Assembly (NCBI RefSeq): GCF_009914755.1
Contig: NC_060936.1
Source of the DNA: the human T2T-CHM13v2.0 reference genome, Homo sapiens
Direction: 5' to 3' (one strand)
Length of the DNA stretch: 64,000 nucleotides
Below, in pieces: positions 37,806 through 54,228 of this stretch; position 1 is the first letter of the stretch, and every line of letters begins with the position of its first letter. The notes under the pieces were generated by a model, which saw only the letters and a program-made list of their open reading frames with translations, ran no database searches and was not told the origin of the DNA. Both the position numbers and the translations under genes were made by a program.

Positions 37806-38419
37806 TGAGACCATCCTGGCTAACACGGTGAAACCCCGTCTCTACTAAAAATGCAAAAAAAAATTAGTCGGGCGTGGTGGCCGGTGCCTGTAGTCCCAGC
37901 TACTCAGGAGGCTGAGGCAAGAGAATGGCGTGAACCTGGGAGGCGGAGCTTGCAGTGAGCCGAGATCGCACCACTGCCCTCCAGCCTGGGGTACAGAGCG
38001 AGACTTCATCTCAAAAATAAAATAAAATAAAATACAGCAGCGCTCACAACGCTGCTTCAGGGGTCACCCTCGCTCAGAAATAAAACACAGCAGCACTCAC
38101 AATATAGCTTCGGGGTCACCCTTGCTCAGATCCCATAAAATCCAACAGGAGGTACTGGCTTCACTGACACAAAATTTATATTCCATGTCTTTTTGGATAA
38201 CCAAAATTTGTTTCAATGCTGGAACTCTATGTGCATTTTTCAAAGACATTTTAAATGGCAAACCCAACCTGTGTGTTAACAACACTGCACAACACACAGC
38301 TCCCTGGAGTGAGCACAACAGGGTATGCTGACAGGCGCTCCAGTGACAGCCGCCCCTGGAGATCTGAGGGGCCAAGACCCCCACCCCACTGTGGAAGTGT
38401 GTCTTGACTTTGCAGATTA

Positions 38420-38770
<351 letters not shown>

Positions 38771-38886
38771 TCAAGATGTTACCTTCTTCTCAACTTCAAT
38801 GACATTGGAATTGCTAAGCAATTAAACCACAGAAAACTCTGTTCATATGCTTGTTTCAAGTGAAGAAATCAACAACAGATTTTTAC

Positions 38887-38964
38887 CTTTTGTTGGAGAA
38901 ACTGTTCCTTTATTTTTTGCATTTGCTTTTTCAGAGCAGCAGTCTCCTGCTGCAGGTGTTCCAC
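38887..38964 (-). CDS. GOLGA3: GOLGA3 exon 12 (VEHLQQETAALKKQMQKIKEQFLQQK)
   Basis: tctcccacag|GTG...AAG|gtaaaa; 78 nt. Confidence 0.93.
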
Positions 38965-38967
38965 CTG

Positions 38968-39488
38968 TGGGAGACATGTGCACAGACATTACACTGACGG
39001 CTCCAGGAGGGGAATCTGTCTGCACAGATGTTACACTGAAGCCTCCAGGAGGGGAACACATCTGCACAAATGTTACAGAGAGCTCCAGGAGGGGACACAT
39101 CCTCACAGATGTTACACTGAGGGCTCCAGGAAAGGACACATCTGCAGAGATGTTTCACTGAGGGCTCCAGAAGGGGCCACATCTGCAGCGATGTTACACT
39201 GAGGGCTCCAGAAGGGGCCACATCTGCAGCGATGTTACACTGAGGGCTCCAGGAAAGGACACATCTGCAGAGTTGTTACACTGAGGACTATAGGAGGGGA
39301 ATGTGTCTGCACAGATGTTACACTGAGGGCTCCAAGAGGGGGATGCATGTGCATGAATATTACACTGAGGGCTACAGCAGGGGGACACATCTACACAGAT
39401 GTTACACTGAGGGCTCCAGGAGGGGGATGCAACTACACAGACATTACACTGATGGCTCCAGGAGGGCACACATCTGCACAGATGTTAT
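38968..39488. repeat. ~40-bp minisatellite x ~13 abutting the exon 12 acceptor
   Basis: CACATCTGCACAGATGTTACACTGAGGGCTCCAGGAGGGG units. Confidence 0.93.
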
Positions 39489-39884
39489 AGGAAGAAGCAC
39501 TTGTGTTCTGACGGGAACTGGTGGTTCCTAAGGCCTGGGCTCTCCCTCCTCACCACTGACAGCATGAAGGCACAGTGAGTGGCAGGGAGGTGGGAGAGGG
39601 GATGAGGCCAGGGGACACTGCAGCCCAGGGCTCGGCAAGCCTTTCTTGGAGATGCCTGATGGGAAAAGACTGCAGCTCACAGGCTGCACGTCAGTCACAG
39701 CTGCTCAGCAATGCTCTTGCAGCACAGGCGAGCGAGCAGGGCTGTTACAGTGACAGTTTACAGAACCCGGTGTTGGGCTGCGCCCACAGGCTGAGGGTGC
39801 TGACCCCAGGCTCTGGTCCTTGTCCTGCAAAGTCTGTTGGAGCCCAGCCCATTCAGCCCAGGAGCTTGTGAGAAATGCAGAGCC

Positions 39885-40892
39885 TCGGGCCCCACACAGA
39901 CCCACCGCACAGGACCTGCACTCAGAGGGCTCCACACAGACCCACCCCACGGGACCTGCACTCCGAGGGCTCCACACAGACCGACCGCACGGGACCTGCA
40001 CTCGGAGGGCTCCACACAGACCCACCACACGGGATCTGCACTCGGAGGGCTCCACACGGACCGACCGCACGGGACCTGCACTCGGAGGGCTCCACACGGA
40101 CCGACCGCACGGGACCTGCACTCGGAGGGCTCCACACGGACCCACCCCACGGGACCTCCACTCGGAGGGCTCCACACAGACCGACCACACGGGACCTGCA
40201 CTCGGAGGGCTCCACACAGACCCACCACACGGGATCTGCACTCGGAGGGCCCCACACAGACCCACCCCACGGGACCTGCACTCGGAGGGCTCCACACAGA
40301 CCCACCACACGGGATCTGAACTCGGAGGGCTCCACACAGACAGACCGCACGGGACCTGCACTCGGAGGGCTCCACACAGACCCACCGCACGGGACCCGCA
40401 CTCGGAGGGCTCCACACAGACCCACCCCACGGGACCCGCACTCGGAGGGCTCCACACAGACCCACCGCACGGGACCCGCACTCGGAGGGCTCCACACAGA
40501 CCCATCGCACGGGACCCGCACTCGGAGGGCTCCACACAGACCCACCGCACGGGACCCGCACTCGGAGGGCTCCACACTGACCCACCGCACGGGACCCGCA
40601 CTCGGAGGGCTCCACACAGACCCACCGCACGGGACCCGCACTCGGAGGGCTCCACACAGACCCACCGCACGGGACCCGCACTCGGAGGGCTCCACACAGA
40701 CCCACCGCACGGGACCCGCACTCGGAGGGCTCCACACAGACCCACCGCACGGGACCCGCACTCGGAGGGCTCCACACAGACCCACCGCAGGGGACCCGCA
40801 CTCGGAGGGCTCCACACAGACCCACCGCACGGGATCTGCACTCGGAGGGCTCCATACAGACCCACGGCACAGGACCTGCACTTGGAGGGTCC
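39885..40892. repeat. 40-bp VNTR x ~25 (CCACACAGACCCACCGCACGGGACCCGCACTCGGAGGGCT)
   Basis: Strict 40-bp period. Confidence 0.97.
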
Positions 40893-41314
40893 CGGAGGAC
40901 TCAGGAATCCATGTGTTTGTGAAACACTTCTCTACCTCAGCAAACAGCTCTCAGTGCACACACACATGGGGCGGCCGACTCCAGAAATAGGGAAGAGCTT
41001 GTTTAGGGCCTAGGTTTTCTGTCTGAATACAGAACACACTGCATGCAAATCCTAGTTATCACTAGAGCATGACTGAAGAATGAGCCTTTTTCCCTACAAT
41101 ATGGAGGGCGGTCCCTCAGGAGCCCCCCTGCGAAGGATCAAAGTGCTGGTTGTTCCACACGCATCATTCATCCGTTCCGATGATCCTCACGTCACCTGCC
41201 CCTGGTCCCACAGCGGCTCCCACAGTGGGCAACAGACTTGGAACTCAGCAAACAGGGAGCCATGGTCAGAGAAACCTCAGCCCCCACGTGGATACTGCTG
41301 TGTCTAGATGCCTA

Positions 41315-41431
<117 letters not shown>

Positions 41432-42069
41432 TTAAAAAAAAAAAAAAAAAAAAAGATGGCCGGGGATGTGTGCACATTCCGACAAGGCCAGGCAGAGTGG
41501 CCAACACCAGGCAGGCCCAGGAGGCCAGTCCGTCTCCCAGTCGGCTGACTATGGTCCCCAGGTGGAAAACAGACTTCAGAGCTGGGAAGGCAGCTTCCAA
41601 GACAAGGTCACTGCTACCACCACCTTCATCTGCCCTGGGGAAAACAGCCCAACCCAGAGGTTAACTTGGATTAAATAACTGCCAGTAATGACAACACAGG
41701 TAAAATTCCAATATGAGAAATAACATATAGCTCCACAAAAGTCTCTCTCGCAGTCTTCCAGGTATCAGCTGTTTCTTACTGAGCTAATGGTGAGTAAAAT
41801 CAAGTTTAAATTCATCCACAGAATTGGGACAATTCCTCTAAATTTACTCCCCCAACACTGTAAACAGTAATGACCTGTCTGAGTGCCTCTTTACTAGAAA
41901 ATCACTTAGTACAGGTCAGTGTTTGTAGTGACAGCTTCCTTCAGAAAGGAGGGAAAACAGGCTCATGATTTCCTCTTGCCCTTGATCCTTATAGAGTGGG
42001 ATTTAAAGACAGAATAGGTGGCTCACACCTGTAATCCCAACACTTCGGGAGGCCGAGGTGAGCAGATCA

Positions 42070-42639
<570 letters not shown>

Positions 42640-42952
42640 TCACTTGAGGTTAGGAGTTTGAGACTAGCCTGGCCAACATGGCGAAACCCCATCTCTACTA
42701 CAAATACAAAAATTAGCTGGGCATGGTGGCGCACACCTGTAATCCCAGCTACTCAGGAGGCTGAGGCACAAGAATTGCCTGAACCTGGGAGGTGGAGGTT
42801 GCAGTGAGCGCAGATCATCCCACTGCACTCCAGCCTGGGCAACACAGCGAGACTGTTTCAAAAAAAAAAGAAAGAAAGAAAGAAGCAAATAATCAGCATC
42901 ATTCCTGCACGGAGGGTTCTGATTCAAAACAAAACACAGCAGAATGCATTAC

Positions 42953-43321
42953 CTGGCCGGATTTGATAGCTAATTCTTCTCTTAACTTCTCTAAAGTTTC
43001 CGACGTTTCCTCGGTACCTTCTTCCAAGCGTCTTGCTCCTCTGTCAAGCTCCTCCTTGCCACTCTTGGCCGCCTGCAAAGCCGCCTCCAAGATGATCTTC
43101 TCGTTCTGCAGGAGGCAGATCGTGTCCTCCCTGGAGGCGGCCTCGCCCTGCAGCTCCCCCAGCCTGGCCTGCAGCTCATCGTAGTGTGTCTGCAGGGCAT
43201 CGAGGGACTGCTCCCTGCTCTGCAGAGCCTCCTGAGTCAAGGTGAGCTGTTTCATCAGGTCCAGGTGCTCCTGCTGCAAAGCCTCAAGCTGCTGGTCTCG
43301 CTGGAGTAAAGTCAACTTCAC
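42953..43321 (-). CDS. GOLGA3: GOLGA3 exon 11 (VKLTLLQRDQQ...AIKSGQ)
   Basis: cttctccag|GTG...CAG|gtaatg; 369 nt; coiled coil. Confidence 0.95.
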
Positions 43322-43639
43322 CTGGAGAAGGAATGAAGCCCACATGGCTGCGCCTGACCCTCCTCCGAGAGCGTATGCCCTTTTCCTGTTCGGGTTTCAA
43401 GTAATTTTGATGGACACTATGGAGGGTCTTTTTTTCACGCACAATCCTGGTATAGAAGAACCAGCAGGGCAAACACAGGGTCAGGTCTGCAGCAGCAGCA
43501 GCGTCTGACCGACAGCCCAACTCCCACCTGAGCGGACGTGGCCCCACAGCAGAGGACTGCTCGGTCTCCTTGTGTGCAGTCCTGGCTGCTCGGGATCACC
43601 TGGGGCCTGGGTCCAGCCTGAAGGGCTGCAGGGACTTAC

Positions 43640-43801
43640 CTGCTCCAGCTGCTGCTCCAGGGATGCCGCCGAGTCCGCCATCCTCTGCAGCCGCTCCCTC
43701 TCACCTTCAAACTCTTCCAGCCTCCTCTGAAGGTCCTCCTCCACCATCGTCTTTGCCTCCTGAATCTGCATGAAGGCTGCTTCCTGATCCAACATGTCAG
43801 C
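43640..43801 (-). CDS. GOLGA3: GOLGA3 exon 10 (ADMLDQEAAF...EQQLEQ)
   Basis: gctcag|GCT...CAG|gtaagt; 162 nt. Confidence 0.94.
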
Positions 43802-44522
43802 CTGAGCCCAGGAAACTTGTTTTTAAAAAGGCAGGAAACCTTAATAGTGAACAGCAGCCGGTGGCCCCGTGCTCTGCAGAGAAACCCACCGCCCTGGCAT
43901 GGGCCCCATCCACCTCCTCATCCTGTCTACCGACTGCAGACTGAGGGCCCAGGATGGGCAGCTTGGCCGCCCCCCAACCAGGAGACCGAGGCCAGGCCCA
44001 GCCCAGGCCAGCAACCCCGTGAGAAGGACTTGGACCCACTGGTGAGCAGAGCCTCCCCGACTTTCTCGTGTGGCGACAGCTGCCTCCTTTCGGGAGTGAG
44101 ACCCGGACATGCTCTCACAAGAGCGGTGCTTGGTGCTACCGGGTAAGAGACCAGAGGCCCCCGCAGTGAACACAGCCTCACATCGGGGTACACTTCTTAG
44201 GGAAAACACAAATTCCTAACTTGAAACTTGAAATTCTTTTCAGTTCTTCTCTACTAAGCCCTTGAAGCACTATGGCTGACGCAACGTGATTCTTCTCATC
44301 CCAGCCGGGCAGCCCAGCTAATGCCACAGAGAGGTGGGAGCAGTCGCAGGAGATGAGAAACCACGTGAGGCTGCAGAGAGCTCCCTGTACAACTGGCAAG
44401 ATCGGCAACGAGACCAGCCCAGCAACATCCAGCACAGAACCTCCCTCCATACACTGCCTTGGGGTTTTACACCATTTCTTCTTCTTTAATTTTTCCACAA
44501 GGCTATCGAGTAGGTGACACTA

Positions 44523-44833
<311 letters not shown>

Positions 44834-45169
44834 TCAGAGAGGTAAGAAATTGTCCAGCGCCCCACAGCTAAAGGAGAACAGCTATCAAGGCTGCTGCATT
44901 TCTGTCCTCTGGAGATGGCTGTGCAGGCAGCGGCCATGACCTCGACAGCGTGTGGTTGCTGGAGGGTTAAATGGCAATGCAGTCTGAGTGCTCAGTAAGC
45001 AAAGAAAATCCTCTCATCCCTAGGCTTCGACAGGCTGTCAGGCAAAAACGCACTGGCCCCTTCCTCCGTACCCACTCTGTACCCAGCGCCATCCCTGACT
45101 GGCAATGACTGACAGCCGGGGGCCCAGGCCCAAGGCGGGGCTTGCAGGAAAAGAGCCGCAAGTGCTCAC

Positions 45170-45322
45170 TGCACTAAGCCCCCACAGGTGAGGATGAGGG
45201 GTGGGGGGGGTCCCAAAGCCTTAACGAGCAGTCACTGCAGGCCATCCATGCTAAGCCCCCACAGGTGAGGGATGAGGGGTGGGGGGGGGGGGTCCCAAAG
45301 CCTTAACGAGCAGTCACTGCCC
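45170..45322. repeat. ~80-bp duplication containing poly-G runs
   Basis: CTAAGCCCCCACAGGTGAGG...TCCCAAAGCCTTAACGAGCAGTCACTGC x2. Confidence 0.85.
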
Positions 45323-45442
45323 GCCATCCATGAGAATATTTAAGAGATACACACAGAGAGACGGAACATGTAAGAAAACACACATGGTATCGATGTCTGC
45401 GTCTGTTCTCCTAAGCTTCCACGGCCCCGGCCGCAGCCTCAC

Positions 45443-45580
45443 CTCAATGCCCTGCAGCTGTGCCGCGATGCGCCCCTTCTCCTTCATGGACCTGTGCTGA
45501 GTTTCCGTCAGCTGCTGGGACAGGGACACATTCTCGAGTTTCAGGTGCTCCAGGAGACCTGCCTGGGTCATCTGTCCAAC
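45443..45580 (-). CDS. GOLGA3: GOLGA3 exon 9 (VGQMTQAGLLEH...LQGIE)
   Basis: tttttaag|GTT...GAG|gtgagg; 138 nt. Confidence 0.94.
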
Positions 45581-47379
45581 CTTAAAAAAAAAACCCACAA
45601 AGTAAAAAGTTGCTCAATTTCAAGCAAGAAATGCAGACCAGCCTGTCCCTGGAGGCCCCAGGGTGAGGGTCACTGGCTGCCCCCTCAGTGTCTCCCACGC
45701 AAGCCCCACTACCCACTACACGTCTTCCCATCTCAAAATATGCGCTGTCTGGGCTCTGCGTGCCTGAGTGGGAGGGCGGGCGGGCCATCAGCCAGCGCTC
45801 ATCATGCTGTTTGTAGCTCATCAGACTGCGGTTTGTAGCAGGACCTACCCAAAAGTCCCCATTGACAAGGCATCTCTGAGCCCCTGTGGGTGAGGAGGGG
45901 CATCTCTGAGCCCCTGTAGGTGAGGAGCCTTATCTTAACTGAACAAATCCAGCCAGACACACACCAGGGCCTGCCCTCAGCCAGACGCCCGACAGGTGCC
46001 ATTCCAGGGATACAGCCTTTCCAGCCAGCTAGGGCCCGGCCCAGACCTCCAGGTGCTCAGGCCCACGCTGGCCAAGCGTCTCGTGAAAAAGCCCAGGACC
46101 ATGGCCCTGAGGAGGACGGCGTCAGCCAAGGGAAGTAGCACTGAAAAGGAGGTGTGAGGACAGCCTGGGGCCTGAGGCTAGACCTGCCCGCATCGCCTCT
46201 AGCTCCATGCTGCTTCCTGGAGTGCACAGTGCGAGACGTGACAGAAGCCACACGCTCCAGGACCTCAGGAGAAGGTGCACGGAGCCAGGGAAGACAGCCT
46301 TTGCTGGGACTGTGTTTCGAGACCATGAAAGCAGACTGACTGCCTGGAATTCTCCTCCCTCCTGAACGTTACTGGGAATGAAGGGATACATTTGGGTACC
46401 AAAAAAATGTATTAAAAACTCTGATTAAGGAATGCTGAACCTGGGTTCCAAAGGTATTTGGAAAAAGCAGTGAGGGCCCGGCAGTGGCTCATCCTGTAAT
46501 CCCAGCACGCTGGGAGGATCGCTTGAGTCCAGGAGTTCAAAACCTGCTTAGGCAACATAGCGAGACCCTGTCCTTACAGAAAACTTTTAAACAATTAGCC
46601 AGGTGTGATGGTGTTCACCTATGTCCCAGCTACTTGGGGGGCTGAGGCAGGAGGACTGTTTGAGCCCAACAGGTCAAGGCTGCAGGGAGCTATGATGGTA
46701 ACACTGAATTCCAGCAGCCTGGGTGACAGGGCAAGACCCTGTCTCCGAAAAAACAGCAGATAGGGCTCTGGAGCCACCATTGCTTTAAAGCTTCCTCTCT
46801 TTTTGTTGTCCAGGCTACACCACCACACTTCCTTGTTGTTGGTTTTTTTTTTTTGAGACAAAGTCTGGCTCTGTTGCCCAGGCTGAAGTGTGGAGTGCAG
46901 CAGCGCAATCTTGGCTCACTACAACCTCTGCCTCCTGGATTCAAGCACATCTCATGCCTCAGCCTCCCAAGTAGCTGGGACTACAGGCACTCACCACCAC
47001 ACCTGGCTAACTTTTGCATTTTTAGTAGAGATGCAGTTTCGCTATGTTGGCCAGGCTGGTCTTGAACTCCTGGCCTCAAGTGATCGGCCCGCCTCGGCCT
47101 CCCAAAGTGCTGGGATTACAGGCATGCGCTACTGCACCTGGCCCAAACTATACTTCTAAAATACACCTGGCTTGGCCTACGTCTTTAAATACCTCATATA
47201 AATGCACTGCAGCTGTAAAAAAGTGTATTAATTTGTATACTGATTTGTTTCCAAGCTATGTTGTAAGTAGAACAAATGCTTTTCCGTATTGTTCTTTGGC
47301 TTAAAAAATATGTAACAGTCGAGTGTGGTGGCTCACACCTGTAATCCCAGCACTCTGGAAGGCTGAGGAAGGCGGATCA

Positions 47380-47634
<255 letters not shown>

Positions 47635-47842
47635 CTATTGTGTATATTTGTAACTCTAGATGTAAAAGGAACATTTGGTGGAATTAGTATTTCACGTTCC
47701 CCTCTTGAGAAATAAAGTTTTAATAAATTTATAATATTTTATCTGGGAAAAAAAAATTCCACAGCTAATTAAAAAATAACAGGCCAGGTGCGGTGGCTCA
47801 CGCCTGTAATCCCAACACTTTGGGAGGCTGAGGCAGGCATCA

Positions 47843-48517
<675 letters not shown>

Positions 48518-48868
48518 TCACAGGCACGCAACACTGTGCCGAGTCAGGAGGCCAGGGTGGGAGGGTCCCGAGACCCAGGCAAATGAGGATTCACCGGCAT
48601 GTGTCACCATGCCCAGCAAGAGAGGCTTTGGAACTGAAAATGCTGGCAGAGGCTGCCGTGGGACTCCCATGTCAGAAGGTTGGGGGGGGGCCCACGGGAC
48701 ACGTCCTGCATACGACACGTCCTACATGGGACACGGGGTGGGCTGGACAGCAGGTTAAAAAAAAAACATGCCTGTGAACTCTAAAAACAGAAAAATCTCA
48801 GGAAAAAGCACCGTTCTACATGAAGACAAGAAGCGTGACCTGCCCTGGAAGGTAGATGTGGGCCGTAC

Positions 48869-49071
48869 CTGGATGTGGGCCATCTCACCCTGCAGCCTGA
48901 CGCGGGCCTCCTGTGCCAGGGCGAGCTGCTGCTGGTACCACTGCCGGACACTCTGTAGGGACGAGATCTCCGCCTGCGACGCCTTCAGCTTGCTGGTCAG
49001 CGTCGTCCGCTCCAGCTGCACCTGCTGAAGCTGGCTCTGCAAGGCTGTCATCTGCTGTCGCAGGTCGTGCA
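48869..49071 (-). CDS. GOLGA3: GOLGA3 exon 8 (HDLRQQMTALQ...EMAHIQ)
   Basis: catttcag|TG...CAG|gtacgg; 203 nt. Confidence 0.94.
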
Positions 49072-49391
49072 CTGAAATGGGGCAAGCACAGCGGCTCAGG
49101 CCAGCGACGGCCAACGGGGGAGTCCGCAGCTCCGCGCGTGCGGGACACAAGGCGGGACTCTCAGGGGAGACCAAGAATGAGTCAGTTCCGGTTATTCCCC
49201 ATAGCTGACTCCATGAAGTCGCCGTGAACACGGCATTAGTGGGCGCTGAGAGATGCCGCTCCTGGCAGAAATGCAGGGTGAGGTTCCTGCAGGCCTCTGC
49301 TCACAGCACCTTCACCAGGTCATCAATACATAACCTCTGTTCAGTGTTTCCATTTACGACACCGATTCAATACATAGCGTCGATTCATTCA

Positions 49392-50218
<827 letters not shown>

Positions 50219-51587
50219 TTAACTGCAAAATTACCCCCCAAAGCACAAACATGTAAACATGGCCCTGGAAAGAACTCCTGCCTGCAGCCCGGCTGAGCAC
50301 CAAGGCAGGCAGAGTATCCTGCCCTCCTCAGCGGGCGCCTAGGATGACTCACGTACTCTGCTGCTCCACACGTGTCCATGAATACTGAGTTTGTGGTTCA
50401 AACAAATTTAATCAAGTCGGCAAATTCACACTTAGGAAATCTGTGAAAATGGTCATGGACGCCGAGGCTCTGTCTTCGACCCAACGATGTCTACCAGCCA
50501 TCAACAAACAGCAAGGGTATCCGTGTGGCTAATTCCAACTTAAACCCACCGGTTAGGACTGGGCGGCCTCATCAAAGTTCAGGTTGGTTTTGCCACCCCC
50601 CGATCACTGGTCAAGTGAAGCGTGGCAACCCACAGGGCCCCAAACTACTTTAGTGTTGAGAACTTTTTGGGTTTCATGGTTTTTCCTAAGGGATTGGGTA
50701 TCACGAAATGCTCAAGGACTAAAATATTAAAGCGATTACAAGAGTACTACTGTCTCTCGGCCGGCTTTCTCTTTCCTAGTATTAGAATGTAGCCTCTGTG
50801 ACGCCAGCTTGTCACCTTCCTCTGTGTCATCCAAGACCCAGTCTCACAGCCTCATGGGCGGACCGGCTCACATGGAGTCAGCCCTCACAGCGGCTGCACC
50901 AGGGACCCCTGGCTCAGGAGATCCCAAGACCTGAGAGATGAGCCCACCAAGCGGCCTCCCTGGGAGGACTCTGGACCCGGGTCACTCTACACCCCTCGGG
51001 CTTTGTCTTCAATCTTCCCACCCTGCTTCGCCCTCTCCTTCCCACTCCTGTTCACGCTTGCTCTGAGCAGGCCAACCACAGTCTTCTCCGTGTCTGCTGG
51101 GCACTGGAGTGTGAGCTCTGGGACTGGCCCGGGCGGGGACTGAGGGGGTGGAAGGCGTGCTGCCAAGCCACATGGAAGCCCGCCGCGGCTTCCGCAATCC
51201 ACTGCCCTACTTGTACTCTCTGGGCGAGCCCTATAGGGAGGCAGCTGGACCGACGCACTGCATCCAGGGAGAAAAGGTTGCCAGACGGACAGTCAAGGAG
51301 CTGTTCTTGAATATTTTAAATGGAATCTGCAATTCTGTGGAATAAGTGGGCAGCTCTATACTCCCAAATAACACTGGACTTTTGAGGCAGGATCACCGCA
51401 GATACTCCAGGGTCCAAGGTCAATCTCCAAGACCTAATTCATTCCCCTGGATGTGCACACAAAAATGTACACAATTCCACAAGTTCAACTAAAACCTGTA
51501 TTTCCTTTAGAAAAGCAGCCTCCTTATGTGTAAATTATAAACCAATGCAACCCTCACAGGCACAGTCACATGCCGACAGAGCTGTCA

Positions 51588-51795
51588 GCACCAGGGAGGA
51601 GGGCGTGGCGGGGACCAGTCAGGGAAGGAGGGTGTGGCGGGGACCAGTCGAGGAAGGAGGGAGCAGCGGGGACCAGTCGAGGAAGGAGGAGGGAGCAGCA
51701 AGGACCAGTCAGGGAAGGAGGAGGGCGTGGCGGGGGCCAGTCGAGGAAGGAGGAGGGAGCAGCAGGGACCAGTCAGGGAGGGGAGGGCGTGGCCA
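51588..51795. repeat. ~30-bp purine-rich minisatellite just inside intron 7
   Basis: GGGACCAGTC(A)G(A/G)GGAAGGAGG units. Confidence 0.85.
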
Positions 51796-51808
51796 GGGCC
51801 AGCCTCAC

Positions 51809-52115
51809 CTGTGTTGTCCTTGCTGAGCATGCTCCTCTGCATGTCCTCTACCTTGGCCATAAGCCTCTGGTACTGCTCCTCGGCCACCTGCAAGTCGTTG
51901 TTGGACGACGCCAGGCTGGCATTTTTTGCCTCCAGCATGTTCTGCAGGTCAGTCATGGCTCGCTCCAGGTCCCAGCACGACTGCTTCAGGGTGTCCACCT
52001 CCGAGCTCAGCGAATCCTGCCGCTGCTGGCTGCTGTGGCTGCACTCCACCTGCGCCTGCAGCTTCGTGCTGAGGGCGGCCAGCTGGGCCTGCAGCTCAGC
52101 CTTCTCTTTAAGTGC
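51809..52115 (-). CDS. GOLGA3: GOLGA3 exon 7 (ALKEKAELQAQ...LSKDNT)
   Basis: cttttcag|GCA...ACAG|gtgagg; 307 nt. Confidence 0.95.
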
Positions 52116-52202
52116 CTGAAAAGATCCCAACAACCACAATGATTTTAAGAAAACGAGTCACTTCCATCCAGTGTATTAACAGGAACACAACCAGCGAGTC
52201 AG

Positions 52203-52702
52203 TCAGGGCCTGACAGGGGACCCCGAGACCCCCAGGCGCTCTCCCAAGGCCTGACAGAGGACCCCAAGACCCCCAGGCGCTCTCCCAAGGCCTGACAGGG
52301 GACCCCAAGACCCCCAGGCGCTCTCCCAAGGCCTGACAGGGGACCCCAAGACCCCCAGGCGCTCTCCCAAGGCCTGACAGAGGACCCTGCCCCGAGAACC
52401 CCAGGCGCTCTCCCAAGGCCTGACAGGGGACCCCGAGACCCCCAGGCGCTCTCCCAAGGCCTGACAGGGGACCCCGAGACCCCCAGGCGCTCTCCCAAGG
52501 CCTGACAGGGGACCCCGAGACCCCCAGGCGCTCTCCCAAGGCCTGACAGGGGACCCCGAGACCCCCAGGCGCTCTCCCAAGGCCTGACAGGGGACCCCGA
52601 GACCCCCAGGCGCTCTCCCAAGGCCTGACAGGGGACCCCGAGACCCCCAGGCGCTCTCCCAAGGCCTGACAGAGGACCCCGAGACCCCCAGGCGCTCTCC
52701 CA
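52203..52702. repeat. 41-bp VNTR x ~12 (GGCCTGACAGGGGACCCCGAGACCCCCAGGCGCTCTCCCAA)
   Basis: Direct periodicity. Confidence 0.95.
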
Positions 52703-54228
52703 GCACAGCCGTCACAGAAAAAGGCGACTTTCCAAACAGGCCCAGGACGCACAGGGAGCCTGCACTGGTTTTGGGCCCAACTGCACCTGCACAGGGCAGC
52801 GCTAGGGCAGGGCTGGGGAAGCACCCGTCTCCTGCGAGGACACTGGAAACGTGTTCAAAACACCAAACGTGTACACGGGTGCACATGTATGCGCACACAC
52901 ACAGAATGCCAGACGTGTAGAGGGACCCCTGAGAGATTAAAAGCGGATTCAGATCTGGGGGGAAATGGGCAAAAAACACAGGCAGGGAAAGGCGGCTGCC
53001 TAAGTGCGGCTCCAGCCAGAGCCACGGGACACAGCACAGTCCTGAGTGGCCACCGCAGTGCTGTGTGGTCCCAGGAGCAGCAGAGAATCGCCAGAGGAAA
53101 TCGCCCCACCACCTGCCCCCACGCTGAGGCCTACAGGGGCAGGGATCCAGTTCACACATCACCAAGACAACAAACACCCAAAGCAATTGAGGAACTCCAC
53201 AAACTCCAGGAGACCCTAGAGCAAGGGGCCAGCAACCACCACACCTGAAACAACCCTCACGATCTTGGTGTGGATGCAACCGAAGGACCAATCAGTGATC
53301 CTAAGAGGATAAGAAGACAAAGTGCAGTGACAGCAAGCCACCGTTCGAGAGAGTGGCTACACAGAGGAGGGGAAATGCATCCGACGGAGGGAGGCTCACG
53401 CTGTAACACTGGAGAAGTGACGACCGTACAACCAGAATTAGCCTCAAAACAGCCGAAATCACCTCTTCTGTAGACACAGCTTTAGGTGTCACAAACTGGT
53501 TGGTTTGTGTCCAAGGACCATGTTGTATGAGAAAACCATCTTCGACATGAGGCGTGCATTTAGCAAGGCAAGCTCCGGACACTGTGAGCAGCTCCAGCCC
53601 TGCTCTGCGGCCTCGCAGGCCACAGGAGGCTCCCTCAGCTGTGTCACCTCAGGGCCTGGGTGCATTCTCACCCTCCCACGCCAGAAGCGGACAGCTGAAC
53701 CCCACTGAACAGATTTACTCAACTGCCGACAGAAGATAAATACCTTGCTCTTCACTGTGGATAAAGTGCATACGACAAAATGACAAAGGAGAGCTGAAAT
53801 AAGGGATGGAAAATGATGTTTCTGGCACATGCTAACCAAGCCAGCGTGTGCAGCTTTCTCTGATACAGCACAATTAGTATCAGAAAAAGCAGAAATCACT
53901 ACAAAGAAAAAAGGTTCACCATGCCAGAAAAAGCTGCAACCCACCAAGAGAATTTGACTCTTATGGACTGTGAGACACCTAACATCTAGGAAATATTCTG
54001 GTAGAGACGCAGGGAGAAACACGCCCACGCACGATGAGGCAGAAAACTCACAACTCTTTCTAAGGCTGACAAGTAGACAAAAAACGTAAAGATGCAGAAC
54101 CCTCGGCTGCCACACATGCTGCGGCGGCTGATTCCCAACCACATCTGTGAAACCTCGTACCCAACAGAGGAGCCACACATGCTTTCCGACTTCGCCGCAC
54201 GCTGAGATGTCAGTCGAACGTCCGTTAC

